A stretch of 32,000 bases of DNA from Neisseriaceae bacterium TC5R-5. GTDB taxonomy: Bacteria > Pseudomonadota > Gammaproteobacteria > Burkholderiales > Chromobacteriaceae. The notes beneath the pieces are model-generated. The model saw only the letters and a list, made by a program, of their open reading frames with translations. It did no database searches and was not told the DNA's origin. The position numbers and the translations under genes are program-made. The DNA is taken from contig JACCFC020000005.1 of the NCBI GenBank assembly GCA_020830965.2, forward strand, positions 107,049 through 139,048. The letters are read 5' to 3'. This document shows positions 15,737 to 24,725 of this stretch, in pieces. Within the stretch, counting starts at the first letter, position 1. Each line of letters starts with the position of its first letter.

Positions 15737-15862
15737 ACACCTTAGCGCCGCGAACAAAACCCCTGATCCAGCGTTGCGCCTCCTTGCCGTACGACTGGTA
15801 CTGTCTGCGTCGGCGCGCCTTGGCTCAAGGCTCTTCGCGGTGTTGTTAGCGACTCTTAGCAC
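15737..15862 (+). mobile_element. Correia-like MITE, copy D (full length)
   Basis: The TIRs are CTTAGCGCCGCGAACAAAAC (15741-15760) and GTGTTGTTAGCGACTCTTAG (15840-15859). The interior CCTGATCCAGCGTTGCGCCTCCTTGCCGTACGACTGGTACTGTCTGCGTCGGCGCGCCTTGG is shared with copies A, B and C. It lies 30 bp downstream of the zapE stop and ~130 bp upstream of the bcsE start. Confidence 0.8.
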
Positions 15863-15891
15863 TGACGCCGTACCAGATTTGCTGGGTGAAA

Positions 15892-17055
15892 TTAAATAAT
15901 CACCCCTGCTGGCGGCTGATCATGACTCTGCCCCGCAGAATGATGCGGTAAAGCCAGGTAACTGCTGGATTGCATTTCGGTAAGCCGACTGGCCGTACGG
16001 AAGAACTCGCTTGCCTGCTGGCCGACCAGATAAAGCTGCTCCGCTTCCACTGCAGCAGTCGCAATCAGATTGACCCGGTTGTCGTACAGCACATCCACCA
16101 GCCACGTAAAACGCCGGGCAATAGCCGCCTGGCTGGCACTGAGCTGCGGAATAGCCGACAGAAAGACTGTATGGTATTCCCGCGCGATTTCCAGATAATC
16201 GGTTTGTGCACGCGGGCCATCACACAGGTCGAGAAAATCAAACCAAATCACCCCGGGAGCGATTTTTTTCAGCGGGATGCTGCGCCCAAGCACGGTAAGG
16301 TTTTTTTGTGACAGCGTGACACCGCCACTGAGGCGTGCAAACATCGCCGCCATTTTGGCTTCGTTCTCGGCGTTGACTGGCACCATGAACAAGGGTTCCC
16401 GCGTTAATTCGCGCAAACGGTAATCATGGCCACCATCAACATTCAATACGGTCAGTTCACGTTTGATCAGCTCAATAGTGGGTAGGAAGTTCTGCCGTTG
16501 CAGGCCATTAGGATAAAGGCCATCTGGCGGATAGTTCGAAGTCGTCACCACCACCACGCCACGCTCCAGCAAGGCAATCAACAGACGGCCCAGCATCATC
16601 GCATCGGCAATATCGCTGACGTGAAACTCATCAAAACATAAGAGCCGGGTATGCCGGGCGATTTTATCGGCATAGGCAAGTAAAGGATCGTTGCTACCGG
16701 CCAAGGCCCGTAACTCCTGATGCACTTCGGCCATAAAATGATGAAAATGAATACGCCGCTTACGTCGATACGGCACGCAGGCATAAAACGCATCCATCAG
16801 AAAACTTTTACCGCGCCCTACTCCACCCCACAGATATAAACCTTTAGGCACATCTGGGCTGCGCAGACTGCGTCCCAGGAAGCGGTTACGCTTATCTTTA
16901 AAATCGATCAACTGCTGCCACAGCTTGTCCAGCTCAGCAATAGCGGCAGCCTGTGCTGCATCATGAATAAAGCCGGGCTGCTGGCTGGCAGCCTGATACC
17001 AGGCCTGGGGGCGGCTATGGGCACGCTGGTCGGGAGAAAAAGTGTGTTGGGACAT
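15892..17055 (-). CDS. zapE: Cell division protein ZapE (AFG1-family ATPase)
   Basis: The product is 387 aa with Walker A GGVGRGKSFLMD and Walker B LLCFDEFHVSD, typical length and layout of YhcM/ZapE. Confidence 0.85.
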   Translation of the reverse strand: MSQHTFSPDQRAHSRPQAWYQAASQQPGFIHDAAQAAAIAELDKLWQQLIDFKDKRNRFLGRSLRSPDVPKGLYLWGGVGRGKSFLMDAFYACVPYRRKRRIHFHHFMAEVHQELRALAGSNDPLLAYADKIARHTRLLCFDEFHVSDIADAMMLGRLLIALLERGVVVVTTSNYPPDGLYPNGLQRQNFLPTIELIKRELTVLNVDGGHDYRLRELTREPLFMVPVNAENEAKMAAMFARLSGGVTLSQKNLTVLGRSIPLKKIAPGVIWFDFLDLCDGPRAQTDYLEIAREYHTVFLSAIPQLSASQAAIARRFTWLVDVLYDNRVNLIATAAVEAEQLYLVGQQASEFFRTASRLTEMQSSSYLALPHHSAGQSHDQPPAGVII

Positions 17056-17145
17056 GAAAACTTAGCTCGTCAGACAAAAAACAGCGCAATAAAGGCTTTT
17101 TAGCGGCTCTTAATCAATATTTACGACAACGATAGCCGTTGGCAC

Positions 17146-17424
17146 CTAGTGATGAATATCTAAAGTTAAATCACCACGCTCCTGGGCCACCGTTTCGAGA
17201 ATTTCCAGCACCGTGGCATAAATATCAGTGCCCATGGCCGCACGCGACTCAGCCGTTTCGCGCCAGACAATTTCAAACGGCCCCATCACCTCATTGCTTA
17301 AGCAATCATACAAAGCATCCAGATTACGACCAAAATGAGCAGGAAAACTCAACTGGCGACTGAGCTCATCGAACAACTGCTCCAGGCTTTTGATGTGATG
17401 CAATTCACAAACCATTACTGACAT
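17146..17424 (-). CDS. Barstar-family ribonuclease inhibitor
   Basis: This is a 92-aa protein with the barstar-like block LSFPAHFGRNLDALYDCLS (compare FGRNLDALWDCL). It overlaps the stop of the upstream RNase gene by 10 nt. Confidence 0.8.
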   Translation of the reverse strand: MSVMVCELHHIKSLEQLFDELSRQLSFPAHFGRNLDALYDCLSNEVMGPFEIVWRETAESRAAMGTDIYATVLEILETVAQERGDLTLDIHH

Positions 17425-17870
17425 GCTGGTACCTTGATAAAGTTCTGATAATGATCAACGGTCAGATACACCTGCTTACTCGGGCTATAGATCAGGCGGT
17501 AAGCGCCACGTTTTTTTCCGTTATAGCTCAAGTCCGCTTCCTGCCACTGCCCATATGGTAAGCGCCGCTCATAGTTGCCAAACCTATCTCCACCGATAGA
17601 CTTGCCTTTTAATGCCGGAATCACCCACAAACTACGCCCGGGCTGCCAGCCTGCCACCTTGGCCTGCTGCTTAGTGACAAACTGCCCCGGCAATTTGCCG
17701 CTACGTTGCAGGCTCAGCAACACACCAGCCAGCTCTGTCTGATCAAGCGAAGCGGCCGTCTCCTGTTTGAGCTGAGTAGCCACCACAGCACAAGCTGGCA
17801 AGTTAGCGGCATGGATATAACCCAGGCTGAAATAGCTACCTAGGGCAAGCAATACAGTAAGAAGTTTCAT
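17415..17870 (-). CDS. Secreted barnase-family (N1/T1/microbial) guanyl-specific ribonuclease
   Basis: It has a signal peptide (MKLLTVLLALGSYFSLGYIHA). Barnase-like blocks are LPGQFVTKQQAKVAGW, GKSIGGDRFGNYERRLP, WQEADLSY, RLIYS and YLTVDHYQNFIKV, with positions equivalent to the catalytic Glu and His retained. Confidence 0.8.
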   Translation of the reverse strand: MKLLTVLLALGSYFSLGYIHAANLPACAVVATQLKQETAASLDQTELAGVLLSLQRSGKLPGQFVTKQQAKVAGWQPGRSLWVIPALKGKSIGGDRFGNYERRLPYGQWQEADLSYNGKKRGAYRLIYSPSKQVYLTVDHYQNFIKVPACQ

Positions 17871-17875
17871 TGGTA

Positions 17876-18649
17876 TTAATGGAGAACAAGGGTTTCAACT
17901 ACGGCAGCCTGACCGATCAACACCGGCAACAATCTAGCCATATTATCGGCCTGACTGGCGGTGGTCATAAAACGATGTAACTGACTCTCGCTAGGCTGTC
18001 TATTCGCGAGCAATGAACAGATACGGCGCGCCACCGCTTCGGCAGGATCATACAAACGAATAGCTGGGCCGGTTAATTGCTGAATCAATGGCACCAGAAA
18101 AGGATAATGGGTGCAGCCCAACACAATATGATCGACATTTTCACCCAACAATGGCGCCAACACAGCAGCCACCCGTTGCCGGGCAAGAGCACTCTGCAAA
18201 TCACCGGCCTCTACTTGCTCCACCCAACCATGGCCAATGCCGCGCAACACCGAGACTTGCCCGGCATGGCTGGCTAACAATGCCTGCATGCGCGAACTGC
18301 GCAAGGTTGCCTCCGTTGCCAGCACCGCGATACGACCGGTAGTGCTGGCCGCAGCGGCAGGCTTGATCGCCGGCTCAATACCCACAACCGGTATGCTCAA
18401 TTGCTGGCGTAGCGCACTAATTGCCGCCGTGGTGGCGGTATTACACGCCACCAGCAAGAGTTGAGCACCCTGCAACTGCAGGTATTGACCAATTTTTAGG
18501 CTACGGGCGGCAATCTCGTCGTCACTACGACAACCGTAAGGGCAATAAGCCTGATCAGCCAGATAAGTAATCGGCCACGATGGCAAGGCAGCCGCTACTG
18601 CCTGCCATACCGACAACCCGCCCAGGCCGGAATCAAACATGGCAATCAC
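17876..18649 (-). CDS. murI: Glutamate racemase
   Basis: The product is 257 aa with FDSGLGGLSV, LLLVACNTATTAA and IVLGCTHYPFL, the two catalytic Cys motifs of MurI. Confidence 0.9.
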   Translation of the reverse strand: MIAMFDSGLGGLSVWQAVAAALPSWPITYLADQAYCPYGCRSDDEIAARSLKIGQYLQLQGAQLLLVACNTATTAAISALRQQLSIPVVGIEPAIKPAAAASTTGRIAVLATEATLRSSRMQALLASHAGQVSVLRGIGHGWVEQVEAGDLQSALARQRVAAVLAPLLGENVDHIVLGCTHYPFLVPLIQQLTGPAIRLYDPAEAVARRICSLLANRQPSESQLHRFMTTASQADNMARLLPVLIGQAAVVETLVLH

Positions 18650-18658
18650 AATACTTGC

Positions 18659-19750
18659 CTAATTATTTTGAATCACAATCTTGGGGAATTTGCCGGAAAA
18701 ATCCTGTGCTTTTTCGCCGACTTTCACCGCTACCCGACGAGCAATGGCCTTGTACAACTCGGCCACCTGACCATCCGGATCCGCCACCACCGTCGGTTTC
18801 CCTTCATCCACATTCAAGCGGATATTGATATCCAACGGTAAAGAGCCCAATACCTCTACACCAAAATCAGCAGCCATTTTCGCCGCACCACCGGCGCCAA
18901 AAATATGCTCGGCATGTCCACACTGTGAGCAGACATGAATCGCCATATTTTCAACCATGCCCAAAATCGGTACGCCCACCTTCTGGAACATCGTCACCCC
19001 CTTGCGCGCATCCAGCAAGGCGATGTCTTGTGGTGTCGTCACAATCACCGCACCGGTCACCGGTACTTTTTGCGATAGCGTAAGCTGGATATCCCCGGTA
19101 CCCGGAGGCATATCAATCACCAGATAATCGAGATTGTCCCACTGGGTATCCGTCAGCAACTGCTGCAAAGCCTGGCTGACCATCGGGCCGCGCCACACCA
19201 TGGCCTGATCGGCATCAACCAGATAACCAATCGACATGGTCTGCACACCATAGTTTTCAATCGGCTGTAGGCTTTTATTATCTGGTGTTTGTGGGCGTTG
19301 CCCTTGTAAACCCATCATCAACGGCTGCGACGGGCCATAAATATCGGCATCTAAAATCCCCACCCGCGCACCTTCAGCGGACAGCGCCAAAGCCAAGTTG
19401 ACCGCCGTTGTCGACTTGCCAACACCGCCTTTACCAGAAGCCACGGCGATAATATTTTTCACCCCTTTCATCAAGGGTACCCCGCGCTGCGCGGCATGAC
19501 TGCTGATCTGGCTGGAAACATTGACGCTTAACTGCCGCTGTTCAGCCAGAGGCAACAAAGCTGTTTTGATACGTTCTGCAATCGCCGCAAACTGACTTTG
19601 CGCCGGATAAGCCAATATCACTTCTAAAGACAGCTCTGTCGCGTTGATGCGAATATTTTTAATCGCTTTGGCGGCAACGAACGGCTTACCGGTGTTGTCA
19701 TCCACTAAGGACGACAACGCTTCCAATACTTGTGTTTCGGTAACAGACAT
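18659..19750 (-). CDS. apbC: Iron-sulfur cluster carrier ATPase ApbC/Mrp
   Basis: The motifs are deviant Walker A SGKGGVGKSTT, the CxxC pair in HVCSQCGH, and an N-terminal MIP18-like domain. The ORF track starts at 19867. I prefer ATG at 19750 (MSVTETQVLEAL, 363 aa), which has GGAGGG 9-14 nt upstream. Confidence 0.85.
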   Translation of the reverse strand: MSVTETQVLEALSSLVDDNTGKPFVAAKAIKNIRINATELSLEVILAYPAQSQFAAIAERIKTALLPLAEQRQLSVNVSSQISSHAAQRGVPLMKGVKNIIAVASGKGGVGKSTTAVNLALALSAEGARVGILDADIYGPSQPLMMGLQGQRPQTPDNKSLQPIENYGVQTMSIGYLVDADQAMVWRGPMVSQALQQLLTDTQWDNLDYLVIDMPPGTGDIQLTLSQKVPVTGAVIVTTPQDIALLDARKGVTMFQKVGVPILGMVENMAIHVCSQCGHAEHIFGAGGAAKMAADFGVEVLGSLPLDINIRLNVDEGKPTVVADPDGQVAELYKAIARRVAVKVGEKAQDFSGKFPKIVIQNN

Positions 19751-20111
19751 ACTGTTTTCACCCTCCGTGTTGGATTGGAAAAAACGAGTGATTTTGGAGA
19801 ACATGAACAGGGATCCATTAAAGACTTTTTGCTGCGCGAGTGTACTCCAAGTTCCCACACACCGCATACTGATCTGAAAAAGATGCAGGAAAAATCACTA
19901 TATCGGATAAAAATTCGCTGCTGACCTACAGCGATGCGATGCTGGCCGGGTTCTCTGAGGGGCAGGCATGTCAACTCGTCACAGCCAATTGCGGCGTGCC
20001 GATCGACTATCCGCCTTGACGCCTACGATGCATTGCTATTTAACGATTTGTCCCTGAAAATCACGGCTGATATCCATCCCCCTACCCCGCCATTAAAGGT
20101 TTTTAAGCGCA

Positions 20112-22484
20112 ATGATCGAGCAGAAAGGGCTGGGGTTTGTTCTGACGCGGCACTGGCGTGACACCTCGGCAGGTACCGAAGTGGAATTCTGGTTAGCCAC
20201 CGATCATGGCCCCAGATGCGTACGGCTCCCCATGCAAACCTCTGTTGCTTTCATCCCTGCTGAGCAGCGTTCCCGCTGTATGGATTTGCTGCGTGCTGAG
20301 CGTGGTGTGGAGTGGCGATCGCTGGATTTATGTGACTTTCGGCATCGCCCTGTTTTCGGTCTGTACTGTCAAAGCTATCGTCAACTGCTGCGTCTGGAAA
20401 AACGACTGCGCCAAGCCGGTGTGGATGTTTTTGAAGCCGATATCCGCCCGCCGGAGCGCTATCTGATGGAGCGCTTCATCACCGCACCGGTGGCCTTTTC
20501 GGGTGCGTCCACCGACAATGGCCAGCTACTTGATGCCCATCTGAAACCCGCGCCAGATTACCGTCCCAGCTTGAAACTGGTTTCACTGGATATTGAAACC
20601 AATGCCCATGGTGAACTGTATTCGATCGCACTGGAAGGTTGTGGTGAACGCCAGGTCTATATGTTAGGCCCCCCCAATGGTCAGGCTGAATCTCTGGATT
20701 TTCGGCTGGACTATTGCGACAGCCGCGCTGAGCTACTGCAGCGTTTAAACCAATGGCTGGTGCAGCATGATCCAGATGCCATTATCGGCTGGAATCTGGT
20801 GCAGTTTGACCTGCGTATCCTGCAAGAGCACGCGCAGCGGCTGCAACTGCCTTTGCGGATTGGCCGAGGCGGCGAAGCGATGGATCTGCGCCAGCATGGT
20901 CGCCGACAAAACTATTATTTTGCCGAAGCTGCCGGGCGTTTGCTGATTGATGGTATTGAGTCCTTACGCTTAGCAACTTGGAGCTTTGCTTCATTCAGTC
21001 TCGAATATGTCGCCCAGGCGCTACTGGGAGAAGGCAAAGCCATCGACAACCCATACCAGCGCATGGATGAGATTGATCGTCTATTTGCCGAAGACAAACC
21101 AGCCTTGGCACGCTACAACCTCAAGGACTGCGAGTTAGTGACCCGTATCTTTGCCAAGACTGAACTACTGAGTTTTTTGCTGGAGCGCGCCAACGTTACC
21201 GGTTTGCCGGTAGATCGTAACGGCGGCTCAGTAGCCGCTTTTAGCCATCTCTATATGCCACAGATGCACCGACTGGGCTTTGTTGCGCCCAACCTAGGTG
21301 AACAGCCACCCGAGGCCAGTCCTGGCGGATTTGTGATGGAGTCGCAGCCCGGCTTGTATGACTCGGTATTGGTGCTGGACTATAAGAGTCTCTACCCTTC
21401 TATCATCCGCAGTTTTCTGATTGATCCGGTAGGGCTGGTGGCAGGTCTGCGGCAATCCGATGAAGAAGAGACATCGGTAGCCGGTTTCCGCGGGGCGCGC
21501 TTCTCCCGAACCCGGCATTGCCTGCCGGCCATCGTGGCAAAAATCGCCCAAGGCCGGGAGGTAGCCAAACAAGGACATAACCAGCCGCTGTCGCAAGCCT
21601 TAAAAATCATCATGAATGCTTTTTACGGCGTTCTTGGCTCAACCGGTTGCCGTTTTTTTGATTCGCGCCTGGCTTCCTCAATCACGCTGCGTGGTCACGA
21701 AATTATGCACAAGACCCGTGAGTTGATTGAGGCACAAGGCTATGCCGTCATCTATGGCGATACCGACTCTACTTTTGTTTCACTCGGCCGGGCACATGGA
21801 CAGCAGGAGGCGGCACAGATAGGACAGCAACTGGTGGAGCTTATCAATCAGTGGTGGCAGCACTATCTGCATGCAGAACTTGGCTTGGAAAGCGCGCTCG
21901 AATTGCAGTTCGAAACCCATTTCAGCCGCTTTCTGATGCCTACCATCCGGGGCGCAGAGGAAGGTAGCAAAAAACGCTACGCCGGCTTGGTCATCCAGGC
22001 AGATGGCAGTGAAAAGATGATTTATAAAGGCTTGGAGACGGTGCGTAGTGACTGGTCGCCACTGGCCCAGCAGTTCCAACAGCAATTATATCGGCGTATT
22101 TTTAAGCAAGAGGATTATCAGGACTTTGTGCGTGATTATGTGCAGCGCACACTCGCTGGCGAGCATGATGAACTACTGGTTTACCGCAAACGGTTACGCC
22201 GACGACTGGACGACTACCAACGTAATGTCCCGCCTCATGTGCGTGCGGCACGCCTAGCAGATAACTATAACGACCAGCAAGGACGACCAAGGCAGTACCA
22301 GAACCAGGGCTGGATCAGTTATGTGATGACGCTGAATGGGCCAGAACCGCTGGAAATACGGCAGGCTGCCATTGATTACGATCACTACCTCAAGCGCCAG
22401 TTGCAGCCAGTGGCTGATGCTATCCTGCCTTTCGTCGGGGACCACTTTGATACCTTGATCAGCAGGCAACTGGCCTTGTTTTGA
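20112..22484 (+). CDS. polB: DNA polymerase II (family B)
   Basis: The product is 790 aa. The N-terminus GFVLTRHWRDT...EVEFWLATD parallels E. coli Pol II. The exonuclease motif is LVSLDIET, and the polymerase motifs are LDYKSLYPSI, KIIMNAFYGVLG and YGDTDS. Confidence 0.9.
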   Translation: MIEQKGLGFVLTRHWRDTSAGTEVEFWLATDHGPRCVRLPMQTSVAFIPAEQRSRCMDLLRAERGVEWRSLDLCDFRHRPVFGLYCQSYRQLLRLEKRLRQAGVDVFEADIRPPERYLMERFITAPVAFSGASTDNGQLLDAHLKPAPDYRPSLKLVSLDIETNAHGELYSIALEGCGERQVYMLGPPNGQAESLDFRLDYCDSRAELLQRLNQWLVQHDPDAIIGWNLVQFDLRILQEHAQRLQLPLRIGRGGEAMDLRQHGRRQNYYFAEAAGRLLIDGIESLRLATWSFASFSLEYVAQALLGEGKAIDNPYQRMDEIDRLFAEDKPALARYNLKDCELVTRIFAKTELLSFLLERANVTGLPVDRNGGSVAAFSHLYMPQMHRLGFVAPNLGEQPPEASPGGFVMESQPGLYDSVLVLDYKSLYPSIIRSFLIDPVGLVAGLRQSDEEETSVAGFRGARFSRTRHCLPAIVAKIAQGREVAKQGHNQPLSQALKIIMNAFYGVLGSTGCRFFDSRLASSITLRGHEIMHKTRELIEAQGYAVIYGDTDSTFVSLGRAHGQQEAAQIGQQLVELINQWWQHYLHAELGLESALELQFETHFSRFLMPTIRGAEEGSKKRYAGLVIQADGSEKMIYKGLETVRSDWSPLAQQFQQQLYRRIFKQEDYQDFVRDYVQRTLAGEHDELLVYRKRLRRRLDDYQRNVPPHVRAARLADNYNDQQGRPRQYQNQGWISYVMTLNGPEPLEIRQAAIDYDHYLKRQLQPVADAILPFVGDHFDTLISRQLALF

Positions 22485-22624
22485 TGGCAAACCCATGCTT
22501 CGCGGTGAATCCATGTCGAATGTTGCGCCGATTTTGATGTTGTCCCATGCAGAGCGCTCACCACATCAAGTGTTATCACCTAGGTGCTATAAGCGCAGCC
22601 GCCACGCTGCGCCGGGGTAGCATC

Positions 22625-23755
22625 TTATTGCGGAATAGCCTGCAGTAGCGCTGCCGCCTCGCTAATCACCGCTTGCTGGTGCGCTTGTAAGGCCTGACCA
22701 GGCTGAGCTTGCCAGGCCGATAGATAGGGGTCTGCTATCGTGGTGCGCACACCGGACAGTTGTTCCAGCACAGCCAAACCGCAATACGGCGCATAGGCCT
22801 CAGAATATCCGCCCTCATGAAACATGGCCAGCTTACCCTGGCAGACTTTATCTGCCACCTGCATCAGCTTGGCGGTCATTTGCCGATAGCTATCACTATG
22901 CAGTTGCATGCGGCCCAGTGGATCCATAATGCAGGCATCAAAACCGGAACACACAACAATCATTTCGGGCTTGAAGTGCTCAATAGCAGGAATCACCACT
23001 TGGTCAAACGCTGTCAGGTAGGCCTGATGCCCAGAACCGGCAGGCAGAGGGATATTCAAACAACAGCCCTGCCCAGCACCCTGGCCATTCTCAGTGAGAT
23101 CGCCAGAATCAATCGGATAGTTGCGTTCTTGATGCAGCGAAATGGTCAGCACAGAAGGATCATCATAAAAAGCCGCTTGGGTACCGTTGCCATGATGCAC
23201 ATCCCAATCGACCACGGCGACTTTTCCGACACCATACACGGCTTGCAAATGTTTAATAGCAATGACGGCATTGGCAAAAATACAGAAACCACGGCCACGA
23301 TCCGCCTCGGCATGGTGACCAGGAGGACGCGTTAGCGCATAGCCGTTTTTTACTTCTCCCTGCCAAACCGCGCGCATCAGTTCAACACAGCCCCCGGCAG
23401 ATAAAGCGGCAATCGCAAAACCACCAGTGCCAAACGGAGTCGAGTCGTCGCTATTCGGCCTACCCGCATCGCCCCCGGTGTTTTCACTCAGCAGACGAAT
23501 CTTGTCGATATAAGCTTGCGTATGAAATCGCAGCAAATCGCTGTCGTTAACCGCCTTGGCTTCAATGTTTAGCAGCTGCGTTTTGAGGCCGGACACCGCA
23601 ATTAATTCAGCGATACGACGCTTGCTGTCCGGACTCTCTATATGTTGATGTGGTTGGATCTGGTCTGAGGACGAGATAAAACCGGCTGCGGTACCGGTAT
23701 TATGCCAGGCATACAACTCATGCCAGACAAAGCCCGTTTTCAAGATAGACATCAC
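22625..23755 (-). CDS. Histone-deacetylase-like amidohydrolase (class II HDAC/acetylpolyamine amidohydrolase family)
   Basis: The product is 376 aa with RPPGHHAE, VDWDVHHGNGTQ, SGFDA and EGGY zinc/active-site blocks. Overall it is collinear with the bacterial HDAH type. Confidence 0.85.
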   Translation of the reverse strand: MMSILKTGFVWHELYAWHNTGTAAGFISSSDQIQPHQHIESPDSKRRIAELIAVSGLKTQLLNIEAKAVNDSDLLRFHTQAYIDKIRLLSENTGGDAGRPNSDDSTPFGTGGFAIAALSAGGCVELMRAVWQGEVKNGYALTRPPGHHAEADRGRGFCIFANAVIAIKHLQAVYGVGKVAVVDWDVHHGNGTQAAFYDDPSVLTISLHQERNYPIDSGDLTENGQGAGQGCCLNIPLPAGSGHQAYLTAFDQVVIPAIEHFKPEMIVVCSGFDACIMDPLGRMQLHSDSYRQMTAKLMQVADKVCQGKLAMFHEGGYSEAYAPYCGLAVLEQLSGVRTTIADPYLSAWQAQPGQALQAHQQAVISEAAALLQAIPQ

Positions 23756-23870
23756 ACACTCCTTTTATCTTCATTAAGGTGACAAGGTAAGGACTGCCGC
23801 ACCGGATCATTCCATGAAAAACGACAGATGTCATCCAGTTGAACCAGTGGGCTGGCACAGCGGCAAAAAG

Positions 23871-24596
23871 CTAAATTTGCGCTTGTGCCAGCGCTTGCTG
23901 TTGCTTATCGAGTAATTGCTCAATACCCTGGCGTGCCAGCACAAGCATGGCCTGTAATTCTTCTTGGCTAAATGGCGCACCTTCTGCGGTACCCTGTACT
24001 TCGATAAAGCGCCCACTGCTGGTCATCACCACATTCATATCGGTTTCACAATCGGAGTCCTCGGCATAGTCCAGATCCAGCACCGGCTGGCTTTGAAATA
24101 TGCCAACCGATACTGCCGCCACTTGCTCACGTAATGGGTTCTCGCTCAACTTGCCACTACGCAGCAGCCCGGCAATCGCATCGGCTAGGGCAACATATGC
24201 TCCGGTAATACTGGCAGTACGGGTGCCACCATCAGCCTGTATCACATCACAATCAATCTGAATTTGCCGTTCGCCCAATTTCTGCATATCGACGACTGCG
24301 CGCAAAGAACGACCTATTAGCCGCTGAATTTCCTGGGTGCGCCCAGACTGTTTACCCACCGCCGCTTCACGACGCATCCTGCTACCTGTCGAGCGTGGCA
24401 GCATGCCATATTCAGCGGTTACCCAACCTTGGCCCTTGCCTTTCAGAAAACTGGGCACCGTTTCTTCAACAGTAGCGGTACAAATCACCTTGGTATCACC
24501 GAACTCGACGAGCACCGAGCCTTCGGCATGTTTCAAATAGCCGCGGCTGATACGGACAAAACGTAAAGCATCGGCAGGACGTTGGGAAGGTCGCAT
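23871..24596 (-). CDS. rph: Ribonuclease PH
   Basis: [12 protein letters not shown]...[22 protein letters not shown] parallels the E. coli RNase PH N-terminus, so I place the start at 24596 (241 aa) rather than the track start at 24626. The motif [14 protein letters not shown] is present. Confidence 0.9.
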   Translation of the reverse strand: MRPSQRPADALRFVRISRGYLKHAEGSVLVEFGDTKVICTATVEETVPSFLKGKGQGWVTAEYGMLPRSTGSRMRREAAVGKQSGRTQEIQRLIGRSLRAVVDMQKLGERQIQIDCDVIQADGGTRTASITGAYVALADAIAGLLRSGKLSENPLREQVAAVSVGIFQSQPVLDLDYAEDSDCETDMNVVMTSSGRFIEVQGTAEGAPFSQEELQAMLVLARQGIEQLLDKQQQALAQAQI

Positions 24597-24624
24597 GGTC
24601 AGATCCATTAAGTTAAGGTGGCGC

Positions 24625-24630
24625 ATTATA
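24625..24630 (-). promoter_or_regulatory. Candidate -10 box (TATAAT) for rph
   Basis: A perfect TATAAT on the - strand lies 28 nt upstream of the preferred rph ATG (24596). It overlaps the upstream in-frame ATG at 24626, which argues against that start. There is no convincing -35. Confidence 0.3.
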
Positions 24631-24725
24631 AGAGTGGCGCAAGCTCAACGGCCAGTTGAATGCACATGACAATGCGCAGCGTGACGTGATCACGCCGCCT
24701 AATTTAGGCATGACTCAAGAAAGTG

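Noticed and set aside
17096-17114. TTTTTAGCGGCTCTTAATC between zapE and barstar, resembling the outer end of the MITE TIR (TTAGCGGCTCT)
   Set aside because: Only ~11 nt match, with no adjacent element interior. This is too short to separate from chance, so I did not call it a fifth copy.
19916-19933. Possible LexA/SOS box upstream of polB (CGCTG-CTGACCTA-CAGCG)
   Set aside because: The CTG...CAG spacing is N8, not the N10 of the CTGT-N8-ACAG consensus, and flanking bases do not match. It lies ~180 bp from the polB ATG. I treat it as a small inverted repeat only.
22593-22612. Hairpin GCGCAGC-CGCCAC-GCTGCGC between the convergent polB and HDAC-like genes as a terminator
   Set aside because: The stem is only 7 bp and neither strand has a following U-tract, so I did not list it as a terminator.
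22760-23335. 191-aa + strand ORF antisense to the HDAC-like gene
   Set aside because: It is fully nested in a CDS with unmistakable HDAC catalytic motifs on the other strand. It has no motif or SD of its own.
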